Assembly: GCA_017499595.2 (NCBI GenBank) | Contig: CM039005.1 | Coordinates: forward strand, 2,232,001-2,296,000 | DNA from: Psilocybe cubensis | Lineage: Eukaryota | DNA length: 64,000 bases | Direction: 5' to 3' | Part shown: positions 12,194-25,824 of the stretch, piece after piece | Layout of the letters: each line of letters starts with the position of its first letter | Position numbering within the stretch: position 1 is the first letter of the stretch | Notes under the pieces: model-generated | The model's input: the letters and a program-made list of their open reading frames with translations, nothing else | The model's database searches: none | Told to the model about the DNA's origin: nothing | Translations under genes and position numbers: made by a program

Positions 12194-12937
12194 TCATTTC
12201 TTGGGATCCAAATTTCGGCGTGAGACTTTAATAGTGTCCATGAAGTTGTCAAAAGTCAATAGCCCCCCTCCTGTTATGAAATCATCTATGTTGCCGCGTC
12301 TCTGAGCAGCTCCGCTGCATCGCAGCCCTTCCTCAAATAAAAGAAAGAGTGGCTCAATCCAGTCCGCCCAAAGGCATTTCCACTCTGCGCGGATACCCTT
12401 TTTCAATAGGGCCATGAGCGTAATTGTGAATGACTTCATTAGCGCAGCTTTGGGCAAGTCTGTGGTATCTGACCACCCTATCAGCGGCGACTTCGCGGGA
12501 AGCGGTAACCTGTGGCCGGTTTTTAAATCATAACATGTGGCTGCCCAAACGAGGATGTAGAAAAACGACTCGAGGTCGTGGCGGTAAAAATGGTACATCG
12601 GAGTTGTAGGGTATATCAATTGGAATGTCGCTCTATCTTCCAGTGTCATAAGAAGATCACTAGCCATGAAGGGTAGAGTGCCTGTGATGTGGTGATCTCC
12701 GGTGGAAGGTGTTGTAGGTTTGCCATCGGGATCTAGAATGATGGTTATATCAAAGTCATTGAGAACTCCGCGAGCTTGAAGTTCTATGATGTCGTGCTTG
12801 ACAAATTGGGCCACGGAGACGTTATCGAGAATGTGGACATCACGGTCCAATTTCAGGATACTGGCCGATTTTATACGTGTACGACCGGACATTAAACAAG
12901 AATCTGGAGAGGGATGAGCTCGGAGGGTACGGTGCAA
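12194..12937 (-). pseudogene. Fungal-type protein kinase (FunK1/Pkinase_fungal) C-lobe relic
   Basis: GVLNDFD, TGTLPFMASDLL and H.YRHDLESFFYILVW motifs are present. The catalytic loop is degenerate (LDRDVHILDN instead of LHRDIS.NN) and no N-lobe is visible upstream. Confidence 0.7.
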
Positions 12938-13943
12938 TGTGTTGCAGGTGGGCTTACCAGATGAAGTATTGCTGTACCAATAACCGGATGCAGAGGATGA
13001 ATCGATGAGGATTGGGAAGGACTTTCAAAAAAAGGGGTTCATTGTGAATTATCGCTGAAAAACTTTAGGGAGGTAATGGTTTGGAAAGACAGTGATGGAT
13101 GGGAGTAATTAGCAAAATAGCCGACGACCATCAATTCCTGTGATCGTGTTTATTATTTCCCACAAGGGGAACGGTTATATCAGACTTCAAGCTGGTAAGC
13201 CCATTGATATTGACAATTTACAAGTGTCTTACTTAGATGTATTAGGAGCCTTTGAAGTTATATCATAGGAATAAGATGTATTGTACAGGATTGACTTGAT
13301 CGCCGTTACTCAGAAATGTAAAAACTTTAAAGTTGTGCCAGCCCAGAAACAGCAGCAACCATGAACATGCCAATTCAGAGTGACCATGGAAATTACAAAG
13401 GCCGTAGCCGAGTCAGTGATATAATACATTAATCAAGTATATTCAAATATCTTTTTGCTTTCTGGAAGTTTTAAAACTTTTGAGTGGTTATGCTTGGGTT
13501 TTCCATCCGCGTTGTGCAGGTTTTGATGCAAAATTGTTATGATTTATGCTGTTTATATACAAATAATACACATTACATACCAAACACAGTGCCTCAATAA
13601 CACAAAGGTCGCGATCATTGCTGTGACTGGCGCTAGGAGGGGCACTCTTTCAACTAAAAAAGCATAGTAGATGTTATATTTTGACATTTTGAACATGGGT
13701 TATCAAGATAGTCTTAGCTTAGAGATATGCTTATTAACATTTTTTCTCTATCACAGTGATGTTGTAAGGATGAGTAAGAGTTGGGCTTAAAATTTCAATT
13801 TTTTTCCGAGTTGGTCAAGTTGAAGTTCAACGTTCAACTCTCAGGGGTCGACCCATCACTACACGTGATTGTGTTGACAGCCTGACAAGCGCCAATTTTA
13901 CCGTGCTTCCCAACTCAATATCCTGATAGCCTTCACGTCCTCA

Positions 13944-14486
13944 CACGGCGGGCAAAAGTGCTGACTAGTCAGCCTGGGAGTTGGTCTGACCAGTCACCTG
14001 ACCAGTGTGCTGACTAGTCACCTGACTAGTCATGTAGCTGTCACGCATTTATTGTCACGCTGCTAAGTTTCTGTAATTCCGCTCATTGATTGTAGAACAG
14101 AGGATTTCTTTTCTATGCCCCAGACTTACACAGGGTGAGCGTTGTGTACCTTCTAAACAACGTTGGGTGACCATGCACAAGTACTCTGAAAGCGTGATTA
14201 GTTATCCATTTGTTTGAATAATGACCGAATTTCAACCAAACACAAGAAATATCCAATTCATTCATTGCTTTTCCTCAGTGAGAGTGCTTCGGAAGACAAT
14301 GGTTTATTCCCATTTAATCTTATGTTACTGAACTCATTTACCATTACCAATACTGACCAGCGTGACAATATTTGTGTGACCTCTCCTGACTGGTCAGTTG
14401 ATTCGTCACGGAACGCGTCACGATATGGTCAGGTGACTGGTCAGACCAACTCCCAGGCTGACTAGTCAGCACTTTTGCCCGCCGTG
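13944..14486. mobile_element. Non-autonomous TIR DNA transposon (MITE), 543 bp
   Basis: Perfect 61-bp TIRs at 13944-14004 and 14426-14486 (CACGGCGGGCAAAAGTGCTGACTAGTC...), 3-bp direct repeat TCA on both flanks, no credible ORF inside. Confidence 0.9.
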
Positions 14487-14530
14487 TCAGGAGCCTTGTT
14501 GTGTTGTTTCCTTTGCACGCCCCTTCAGAT

Positions 14531-14629
14531 GGGCACATGGTGTAGTTGGTTATCACGCTCGCTTAGCATACTCGTCATTATTCATTTCGCAAATGCGAGA
14601 GGTGTTGGGTTCAATTCCCAATGCGTCCA
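14531..14629 (+). tRNA. tRNA-Ala (AGC) with ~25-nt intron (14569-14593)
   Basis: Cloverleaf GGGCACA...TGCGTCCA with G3:U70 pair, anticodon stem CTCGC/GCGAG, T arm TTGGG-TTCAATT-CCCAA, T-run terminator just downstream; one A-C mismatch in the acceptor stem. Confidence 0.92.
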
Positions 14630-15305
14630 TGTTTTTTGGGGTTCAATTATAATTTCTAATGCTTCACGCTTTTTCTTTAATTTGGAAGGTATTGCGCACA
14701 TGTACAATGATTCCCGATGCGTCTAATATTTTTTCTGTTTTGGTTACTACTCGAATTTGTGTGGTTAGGGAAGGTATTGTATTTGTATTTTGTGTTGGGA
14801 GTGGTCGTTCGAGATATCGATGTGAAGGGTTTAATTGTGTGTGGCAGATTTAAATTGGGGTGAGATAGAGTGTGGTGATGAATAGGTTCGAAGGCTGAAA
14901 GACTCGGATACTCAAGTGAAAGGAGTTCGAAGAGTTCGTATTCATCCGGAAGTGACTCCTCGTCTGAACTTGCCTCTCAAAGCGGAGAGTCCGTGTTCAC
15001 TGTTGTCTCCTAGACAAACTTTGAAACGATGTAACGCGTGCGGCGAGTTGGACTTGCCGCGCGGATTTCATGGTGAAAGAGAGATGAAGGCAGGACTTGA
15101 AGCGCCTTTATTTCGGAATGAAGATCTCAGCTGGGGCGTCATTTCCACTGTTGTCTGAAGTATCGGTAGATGAGGGAGAGACGCGTTCGATACCCATAAC
15201 GTTGCTTAATCAAAGGCTCAGTAATAATCTTAAGCACACAATGAGATAAACCATCACACTAAATGCTTTGAGATAAAAGCCGCGCGTAAGGTATAACTAA
15301 TGTTA

Positions 15306-15906
<601 letters not shown>

Positions 15907-16200
15907 TGTGTTGATTGGAGTGGTGGTGGTGATTGGTGGTGGTGGCGATGGGCAAAAGGAGGGCGATGGATGGGGGACGGAAAGAGAAAAGTGGTGCGGT
16001 ATTTATACCCGACGCGGGCCAAACGGAGGTCACTTGCAATCAACAAAGACGCGTTTAGCGCGTTTCGACCAAACAACAACAAAGTCACGTGTGGATATAT
16101 ATACAAGGGCGACATTCGTGTCTGTGCTCTCTCCAACTTTCCTTCGCACCACCACCACCCCCAGCTCTTTTCGCCCTCTTTCGCCACCTCAGCTGCTCAA
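15907..16200. promoter_or_regulatory. Bidirectional H2A/H2B promoter
   Basis: 294-bp divergent gap with oppositely placed TATA-like boxes (~16002 and ~16095) and central ACGCG/ACGCGT motifs. Confidence 0.7.
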
Positions 16201-16827
<627 letters not shown>

Positions 16828-17522
16828 ATTCGGATATCATGGATTGGTCGGGCTTTCATTGTTTTCATCTTTTCATTTTTGTACACCAGTGTATTTTTTC
16901 ATAATATCTATTTTGTATTTGCATGATTCCCGTTGATCAATTGAGGACAGACCCAAGTTGCAAGTCATGTTTGGTGCATAGTTGTTTCGTCAACGTCATT
17001 AATCTGTTGAGAGTATGTTGACTGACTTGAACGTTTACCACTTTGGAATCTTATGTGACGTCTTCAAGTAAGCGGCTTTTTAGCTTCATTTCTGCAGTCA
17101 TTGATGTCGTGTTTCAGCTCTTTGTATGAGACAACAGGCCTCTTGGATGTGCTTCTCAGTGGCATTACCGTTTACCTTGTCATTTTTGCTATCTGGAAGC
17201 AGTATTGTCAATTTCGATGCAACCACCACCAACATCTCCCTCCCAACTTGCGAAAACGACTGACATCGTCTCTTAAAACCACTTTTTGCCAAAATGCGTC
17301 ATTTTTTCCAAGTTGACTTGTCAGACTTGACTTTTGACGCAACGTCCGGCGTGTGCATCTGGATTGTGCCGGCACTCCCTGAGGCCACCACCTAGGGCCT
17401 GGGAACGTGAATGGACGGACGGACGGGGCGGGTGTCCGTGCGCCTTTGGCCTTAGCCATAGAAGGGGCGGCCTCTTTGGATATGGATATGGCTATTTTTG
17501 AAGCTGTTGTATCTCTTTGTAA

Positions 17523-17561
17523 GTATCAGTATCAGTAAGTATCAGTATCAGTATCAGTATC
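17523..17561. repeat. (GTATCA)n interrupted microsatellite
   Basis: Tandem GTATCA units seen directly. Confidence 0.8.
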
Positions 17562-19157
17562 TGATGAGCTAAATTTGTTGCAGCTTACCCTTGGTGGGCT
17601 TTCGGAGCCGGTTGGGGTGATTCGGTGTTTTGAGAATTGAGGGTGAGTCATTCGTTTGTTGTGATTATCTTTTTTGGGTTTGTGTTTTTTGGTTTTTGGT
17701 TTTTTGGAGTGGTTTGGTTTTGATTTTGATTTTTGGTGTGGTGTGGTGTGGACTGCGTGTTAGGTAGGCATGCTGGTGGTGCGCAGGGTTAGGGGTTAGG
17801 GGTGAGGGTTATCGCTTTAATTAGGGGTGAGGGTGGTCTGTGCGACTGTTTGCGTTGAATGTATACCTGCACCACACTACACTGCGCTGGGCTACTTTGA
17901 TTGTTTCTTTCTTTGTCGTTTGGCCATGCGGCCCTTTGAGCAATGGGTTTCGGGTGTTGTGTACAGTGTTGGTGTCGCTTCCACGCCATGATGGCCTGGT
18001 CTATAGGTCTGGTAGTGGTAGCGAAGGAGGGCACAGGCTCAATATCAAGCTCAAGGTCGAAGGCAAATGGCCAAAGGAAAAGGCTAAAGGCGTCTTTGTT
18101 TGGGAATTGGGAATTGGCTGATGTTGTCTGTGTCAGTGCTTACTCTTCCCTTCCTTTGACCTTGACGGCCCCATGGTGCGGTTGTGTCATCTCGTCCTTT
18201 TCTAAGACTTCTAGTTTTCTGTTCTACTACAATAGTTGTAGTATTCATTTTCGATTCTGTTCTGTTCTCTTGTCTTTTCTTATGATCACCATCTCGCGGG
18301 AATTGGTTTGAATGAAATCAGCTTGGTAGAGTTGACAAAGTAGCCTGTGATTTTGTTTAGTGTCGTCTTGTGCTTAACTCAAGCTTTTGTACTAGTACTA
18401 TAGTCGGCGCTGCAAACTCGGGGATCATGAGATTTTGGAAGTAAAGTACGTTACTGCACAGTTACAGCGCAATATGTACGTAAACAGAAAACCTGATGAT
18501 AAGCGATTTTGGCCTTGATAAAGGTTCCATAAATTAAAAAATGAAGTTGTGATGTTATGTAAGTGCATCAGTAAAGTGTTCAGGAACTCGACAAGGGTGT
18601 TATTTCCGGAGGTGTACCTGACCCTGACTGAACGCGACGCGTCGACCCACGGCCTCCCCAGCCTCGTCGCTCGACGCACACCCAATTCACAGTCGCGGTG
18701 CAAGGCGTCGTGAACACGGTGTGACTGTACCTACACGTCCTCGAAGCGATTAGAGCGCTGCGCTGGGCTACATGTCGTGAGAAACCCTAACGCTGATAGA
18801 GCCTATAGCTGCGCTAATCTGTGGAGCGTGTCCCATCTGAAGTTGTCAACAGTCAAAAACGCCGGAGTATCATTATTCGGAGGCACCAATCTTCGGTGTT
18901 AGAGATAAGTATATCAACAAGGGAGCATTCTAGCTGTCACTTTTGCGTTGTCGGGGTGTGATGGAATCCGACTTGGGGGGAAAAGGCTCGATATGTGGAT
19001 GTATATATGCGCGGTGTTTATATTGTGTGCGGGGTGTGTTGTGTTGTGTTTCCCTGTTCCTGCTCGCTTTCTCCTTGCCTTCTCCCCACCTTTGATAGAA
19101 GAATATCACCCTTTAAGCAAGCAAGCAATCAAGCCGTTTCGCTCGTGAATTTCAAGG

Positions 19158-21422
19158 ATGTCGAACGATGAGACTACCCCGCTGCTGAACAAGATGCAGT
19201 CTGACGCGGTGGAGAACTTGAAAGGCGATATCCGCACGTACCCGCCTGAGCATGAGGGCGGGTATAGGACCCTTGTTTTGTTGTTTGATGGAACGGGGGA
19301 TACGTGAGCTTTCAATTTGCTTTTTTGCCTTCAACGATATTTGCCTGCTGATGTTTGATGGTTTTTTCTTCTTTGCAATGTGAAGAGACGATGGTGATGT
19401 GCGTCTGAATAACCACGAATCAATGTTTTTGTTGATATCTTAATATGGAATTCGGTAGATTTCTAATGTTATTGCATTGAGAAATATGCTTCATCCGAGG
19501 AACGACCCCAAGAAGCAGTTGGTGTATTATCAGGTGTGTGTGTGAAGTTGCTTCAACGTGCTCCAGTGATCTCCGGCGCTTACAACCCGATCGCGCCTTT
19601 GGCGTATTTTTCTTTCGTTTGTTTGATAGACTGGAATCGGGACGTACAATCCACACTTCCCAGGGTTGAAAGTTAAGGTTCCACTCGTTAGCGACGTGTC
19701 CAGGGTGAGTTTCGCGTTCCTTCGCTTCTGAGTTCTCGGGAAACATTGACTGACGTGAATATATCAATTGATAGACGTTGGACAGTGCTATTGCTTGGAG
19801 TTTGGATTATCATGTTGTAGGTGGGTGACTTATCCGCGGTCTAGTGCATCTGCTGCGGTTCACTGATGCGATATTTGGTGTAGAGGCCTACCAGTGGCTC
19901 ATTGATAATTGTATGCGTCTTCTTTGTGTCTTTTGAGAGGCGAAACATTGAGGCAAGCAATGTTGGCAGACCAGGAAAATGATAAGATTTGCCTGTTTGG
20001 TGAGCATTGCTCGACCGCGGCCAAGTTAACATGACGCTTACACCTTTCAAGGTTTCTCCCGGGGTGCATACACCGCTAGAGCGCAAGTGGACTCGTAGTG
20101 GCCGTTATTGTGGACGCTAATGGTTGTGTTATTAGTGTCAGCGCGATGATCAACAAAGTTGGTCTGCTTCCTCAGGCCCGCAAGGATAAAGCCTGGGATG
20201 CGTACAAGTCGTTCACGAAAGAAGGCCCGGACACATGGACGGATTCCAAGGCCTTCCGCAAGGAAAACGAAAGCAGAGGTGTAATCATCGAATTCGTCGG
20301 CGTCTGGTACGTCCTTTGTCCCTTGCACGCCGACGCAGTTATAATGCTAAAACGCTGTGGTGTAGGGATACGGTGAACTCGGTCGGCACGGTCAGCGCGC
20401 GGAAGCTCCCGTTCACTGCGAGCAATGGCTCTGTGCGCACGTTTAGGCATGCGGTTGCTCTTGATGAGCATCGCTCGCGATTCCGCTCTAATATGTGGAA
20501 TCCTCCCAAGACGGATCCGAAGAAGCAGCCGTGGCCCTTGGTAACTGATGTTGACCAGGTCTGGTTTGCTGGTGCTCATTGTGGTATGTGTGATAAATTT
20601 TGGTTTTTCTTCGATTATATATTGAACGATGTTTGGTACCGGTAGACGTCGGAGGAGGATCTGGTATGTTATTTGCTGCGTGATGTTGTTGGAGAAGATT
20701 CTGATGCAAATATTGTCGCTTCAGTTCCCAATGGTACTCGCCCTAACTTGGCGCACATCGCTCTGAGGTGGATGGTCCGCGAATGCTTTAAAACGAAGAA
20801 TGGCATGACATTCGATCCAGCGGAGATTAGATCCATTGGAATTAACCCAGACATGCTCTACCCCAAGGTGGTGGAGCGCCCTGCTGCCCTCGAGCCCACA
20901 CCAGACTTGAAGCCGTCGACAGACACCATCAAAAAACCGGGCGTCATCCAGAGCGCTGGGTCGTGGCTCAAAAGCTGGTTCGTCACCCCTCCCGAACCTG
21001 AGAAGCCAGACTATAGCGTGTACGAGACCTACAGCGAGGAGAAGCTCGACCTCATCGACGCGCTCGCGCCGATATACGACCAGCTCATTGTCAACAAGGC
21101 AAAGTGGTGGCTTCTGGAGAATACGTGGTTGAAGGGGTACTCCCCACAGGAGAAACGCGATGTATGGCGAAGGAACTTGGGACGTGGGCGCACGATTCTC
21201 CCGCCTGTTGATGCTGAGCTCACGGACCCGGTGAAGGCGAAAGCGAAGCATCAGGTCCCTCTGGATCCACGATGGGCGAAGCTTCGTGTTCATAGGACGG
21301 TACGCACGCGTATGGCGTGTGCAGGGGATGATAAGAATCCGCCGTATATTCCGAAAGCGCTTATGAATGGAGAAACTACGTTGGATAAGTTGGATCCTGA
21401 GCTGATTCAATGGGTGGATTAA
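19158..21422 (+). CDS. DUF2235 / Tle1-like alpha/beta hydrolase, copy 1 (multi-exon)
   Basis: LVLLFDGTGD, YYQTGIGTY, GFSRGAYTARA, VWDTVNSVG, FRHAVALDEHR, QVWFAGAHCDVGGG. Confidence 0.9.
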
Positions 21423-22228
21423 ATTGATTTCTGAACAAATGCACGTTCTTCTGGTTTGGATTTTTCTGTACTTTATAATTATCACTATTTACTTACATAG
21501 GAACACTACATGCTTTGAACGCCTAATATGGCACTAGCCCCTGTCGAAGCGCGACTGCATCACGTGAACCTTGAAATCAACATGACAGCCTGTGCAAACC
21601 GTCTTAGAGTTCTAACTTCCATCGACTTTGACTTCGGACTCATCTTGCAGTCCTTTATATCGATTCAAGCGCAACTGAGAGCGTTCCGCAACTTTTTTTG
21701 AAAAGTCACGGTATTGTGGCGTTTTCAAGACGAGCCTAGTAAAGATACGGTGAAAGTGAATGTCGAACTTTCAATTTTTAAAGCTGTCCGAAGACTAACG
21801 TACGTATACCGGACATTCGCTAGGAGGGTTCACTTTGTTTGAATTGAGACTTACTCTGCCAGTATGTTCTGAAGTTGTCTGTTTTTCTCAGATAGAATGT
21901 TCTGATCCTCAGGTTACCGAAGTCTGTCATTGGCCATACTTAGCTCTCTAAAGTTATCAGGTCTACCAAAACGCCGGAATGCTGTTCAGAGGCGCCATCA
22001 GTTGTGAATCGTTGGGCTGGGTGTAAGAAAAAACATCTACAAGGAAGCATTCTAGCTGTCACTTTATGTGTAGAGGTGTGATGGAATCCAACGTGGGGGA
22101 AAGGTTCGATATGTATATAATCCGCGCAGGGTGTGCTGTATTCCCTGTTCCTGCCGCGTTCACCCCTCTTTTGCTAAAAGAAGAAAAGAAGAGATATACC
22201 CTTCAAGTAATCCACTCGTTCGCGCAGA

Positions 22229-24504
22229 ATGTCGAACGATGAGACCACCCCGCTGTTGAACAAGATGAAGTCAGACTCGGCGGATAATTTGAGGGGCAAT
22301 ATCCGCACGTACCCACCTGCGTCCGAGGACGGGCACAGGACCCTTGTTTTGTTGTTCGATGGAACGGGCGATACGTGAGCTTTTTTCTCTCTTCTCGCGG
22401 CGAGTTGCGCGTTAATGCTTGATTTTTTTTGCTCTCTGTGAAGTGATAATGACAATGATGTACGTAGAGGCTTGATTTATGAATAGTAACGAAACGACGT
22501 ATTTGTTAATATTTTGAAATGGATTTTCGTAGATCTCCAATGTTATTGCGTTGAAAAATATGCTCCATCCGTTGGAGGACCACAAGAAGCAGCTGGTGTA
22601 CTACCAGGTGTGTGAAGTTGCACATCCATCATGCTGTTCTGATTGCCCGGCGCTTATGAACTTACCGCGTATTTTCGCGTTTCTCATTTAATAGACAGGT
22701 ATCGGGACGTATGACGCGTACATCCCTTGCTTGACCATCAAGATTCCATTCATTGGCGAGCTGTCTAGGGTGTGTTTGCGTTCACGTTCCTCAGCTTCTG
22801 AAACCTCGGCTGATGCCATTTTTTGTGGATGGATTAATAGTTACTGGACAGCGCTATAGCTTGGAGTTTGTCTTATCATGTTGTAGGTGGGGTGAATTTC
22901 CGCGGTCTAGTTTATCTGCGTACTGCTGACGGGATACTTGGTGTAGAGGCTTACCAATGGCTTATTGATCATTGTATGAATATCTATGCGCCATTTGCGA
23001 GTCGAGTTATTGACCCATCTTACGTTTGCAGACCAGGAAAATGATAAGGTTTGCCTGTTTGGTGAGCACTGTGCAATCTACGCCACTTGGATTTGGCGGG
23101 TATTTAACATGATCTTTACCCTTTCTTTCAAGGTTTCTCCCGGGGTGCATACACCGCTAGAGCGTAAGTAGACTCGTAGTGAACATTGTTGTCGAAGTTA
23201 ATAATATTACACTTTATAGTGTCAGTGCGATGATCAATAAAGTCGGTCTGCTTCCTCGGGCCCTCAAGGACAAAGCCAAGGATGCATATAATTCGTTTGC
23301 GAGACAAGGCTGTGGTAAATGGAAGGATTCCGAGGCCTTCCGCAAGGAGAACGCTTGCAGAGATGTTATCATGGAATTTGTTGGCGTCTGGTTTGTCCTT
23401 TTTGATATCAGCCTTTTGTAAAGACGGTTATAATCTAATGCTATAGTGCAGGGATACAGTGAACTCGGTCGGCATCATCAGCGCACGGAAGCTCCCGTAC
23501 ACTGCGAGCAATAGCTCTGTGCGTACGTTCAGGCATGCAGTGTCATTGGATGAGCACCGTGCGCGCTTCCGCTCGAATATGTGGAACCCACCCTCAACCG
23601 ATCCGAAGAAGCAGCCGTGGCCCCTGGTGACTGATGTTGACCAGGTCTGGTTTGCAGGTGCTCACTGTGGTATGTCTAATAAATTTAGTCTTTTGTTGGT
23701 TGTAATATTGAACAATTTTATGCGCGCTGATGCTGGTAGATGTCGGAGGAGGATCTGGTAAGTTGTTTTGTGCATAACGTTGTTGAAAAGATCGATGTCG
23801 ATAACCTCGCTACAGTTCCCAACGGTACTCGCCCTAATCTGGCACACATACCTCTGAGATGGATGGTCCGGGAATGCTTCAAAGCAAAGACTGGGATAAC
23901 GTTTGATCCAGCAGAAATTAGTGCCATTGGAATAAACCCAGACGCGCTCTACCCTGAGGTGCTGGAGCGCCCTGCTGCTCTTGAGCCCACGCCAGACTTG
24001 AAGCCGTCGACAGTCACCGTTAAAAAACCGGGTGTCGCTCAGCACGCTGGATCATGGCTCAAAAGCTGGTTTTCCACCCCTCGCGCACCCGAAACCCAAG
24101 ACTACAGAGTGTACACTGAAGAACAGCTTGATCTTATGGATGCGTTGGCACCAATATACGACCAGTTGATTATCCACAAGATGAAGTGGTGGCTCTTGGA
24201 GCATATATGGCTGAAGGGCTACTCGCCGCAAGAGAAGCGCGATGTGTGGCGGAGGAACTTGGGACGTGGGCGGACGATTCTCCCGCCTGTTGATGCAGAC
24301 CTCACAGACCCGGTGAAGGCCAAAGCGAAGCATCAGGTCCCTCTGGATCCACGATGGGCGAAGCTTCGCGTTCATAGGACGGTACGCACGCGTATGGCGT
24401 GTGTGGGGGATGATAAGCATCCGCCATATATTCCTAAAGCGCTTATGAATGGAGAAACTACGTTGGATAAGTTGGAACCTGCGCTGATTCAATGGGTGGA
24501 TTAA
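22229..24504 (+). CDS. DUF2235 / Tle1-like alpha/beta hydrolase, copy 2
   Basis: Same motifs and intron positions as copy 1; ends LIQWVD. Confidence 0.9.
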
Positions 24505-25824
24505 AACTGATTTTTAAATAATGCACCGACTTGTGGCTTGGATTCTTCTATGCTTTATAATCATCGACATCTACATAGGAACAAGAAGCGCCGGTTTGAA
24601 CCGTAGTCCACCTAAATAGTGTTAGCCCCTGTCTTCGTATACAAGCGCGTCTGCATCACGTGAACGTTCGAAATCCGGACATGACATGGACAGTTTGTGC
24701 AATCCGTCTTGTCCCGTCTCTTCCGACTCACCAGGTTGTCCTTTACATTGAGTCAAAGCGCAGCTAAAGCGTTCCGCGACTTTGTTTGAAAAGCGACGGC
24801 ATTATGGCATTGTCAAGAGTCGGTCATTTAGAACTGTTCAACACCGCGAATCACCTGTCCTCCTCTGTGCCTGAAGATCAAGTTGAATGTTGAACATTCA
24901 ATGCTGTCCGAAGCCTACAGTACTTATGTACATCGGTCGTTCGCTAGGAGGTTTTGTTTGAATTGGGCCTTATTCTGCCGGTATGTTTCGAAGTCCTTTC
25001 TTAGATAGAATGATCTGATCCTTTGGCTCTATGCAGTTTGCTTGTCATTGCCCAAAATGATTAGCTTTCCATTTAGTTCTTATATTGAAGTTATAACGGC
25101 TCTTGCTGAAGACAAGAGGCAGAAAAACGTAAACACGCCCATGCCAATCAGGTCGGTACTGGTGCTGGTGGATAGAGCGGACACAACATCAAATCCAATC
25201 TATCCGTCAGTCTATCTACCGCTGAGTATTCAATAGATGTATTTCATTCATCAGTCTTCACCACTGAACATCCGCCACCGGAAAGTTCAGGAACTCGACA
25301 AACTCACAGCGCTCGCTGCTAAGCCCTGCTAAGCCTCTGGACCCTGTGGCTGAGCTAAGGCTTCCATGACCTCTTGTGACCCTTGACCCGTCCCATCACT
25401 TACCCCGGCGCGAGATGAAACTTATCAATGTTTGACCTTCCTGCAACCTACAAAAGGGAAGTGTTGCGGGCAGGTCGGCAGTGTTAACGACGCGCGCAAA
25501 CATCCCACAATCGTTTATTATGGAACTCCCCGTCGTTGATTCAAAACGAAAGTCATAGTCACAGTTGCGCGAGCTGGGAATCATAAACCCCCGCGCGGGT
25601 CGCATATCTTCTTACGCGAACGTCAGATTGGAATGTTTCCCGAATGTCGTTATCAGTTTAGTTAGGGAAGGTGCGATCAATGTCAGTCAAACAGTCCAGT
25701 CAGGCTTGGGTCGGCGGGTGTTGGGACCGATTCAAGGAACGCCCAGTAGGAAAATATAAAACCGACCAGAGGGCAAATCAGGTCCATACATACATATCTC
25801 CCAAGATCTTCCAATACAACGAAT

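Noticed and set aside
13960-14035. Repeated CTGACTAGTCA palindromes resembling a CRISPR-like array
   Set aside because: Eukaryotic context, no spacers; they are the subterminal repeats of the MITE
20721-21485. 254-aa minus-strand ORF (and a similar one at 24052-24492)
   Set aside because: Antisense shadow of the DUF2235 last exon; its recurrence is explained by the duplication
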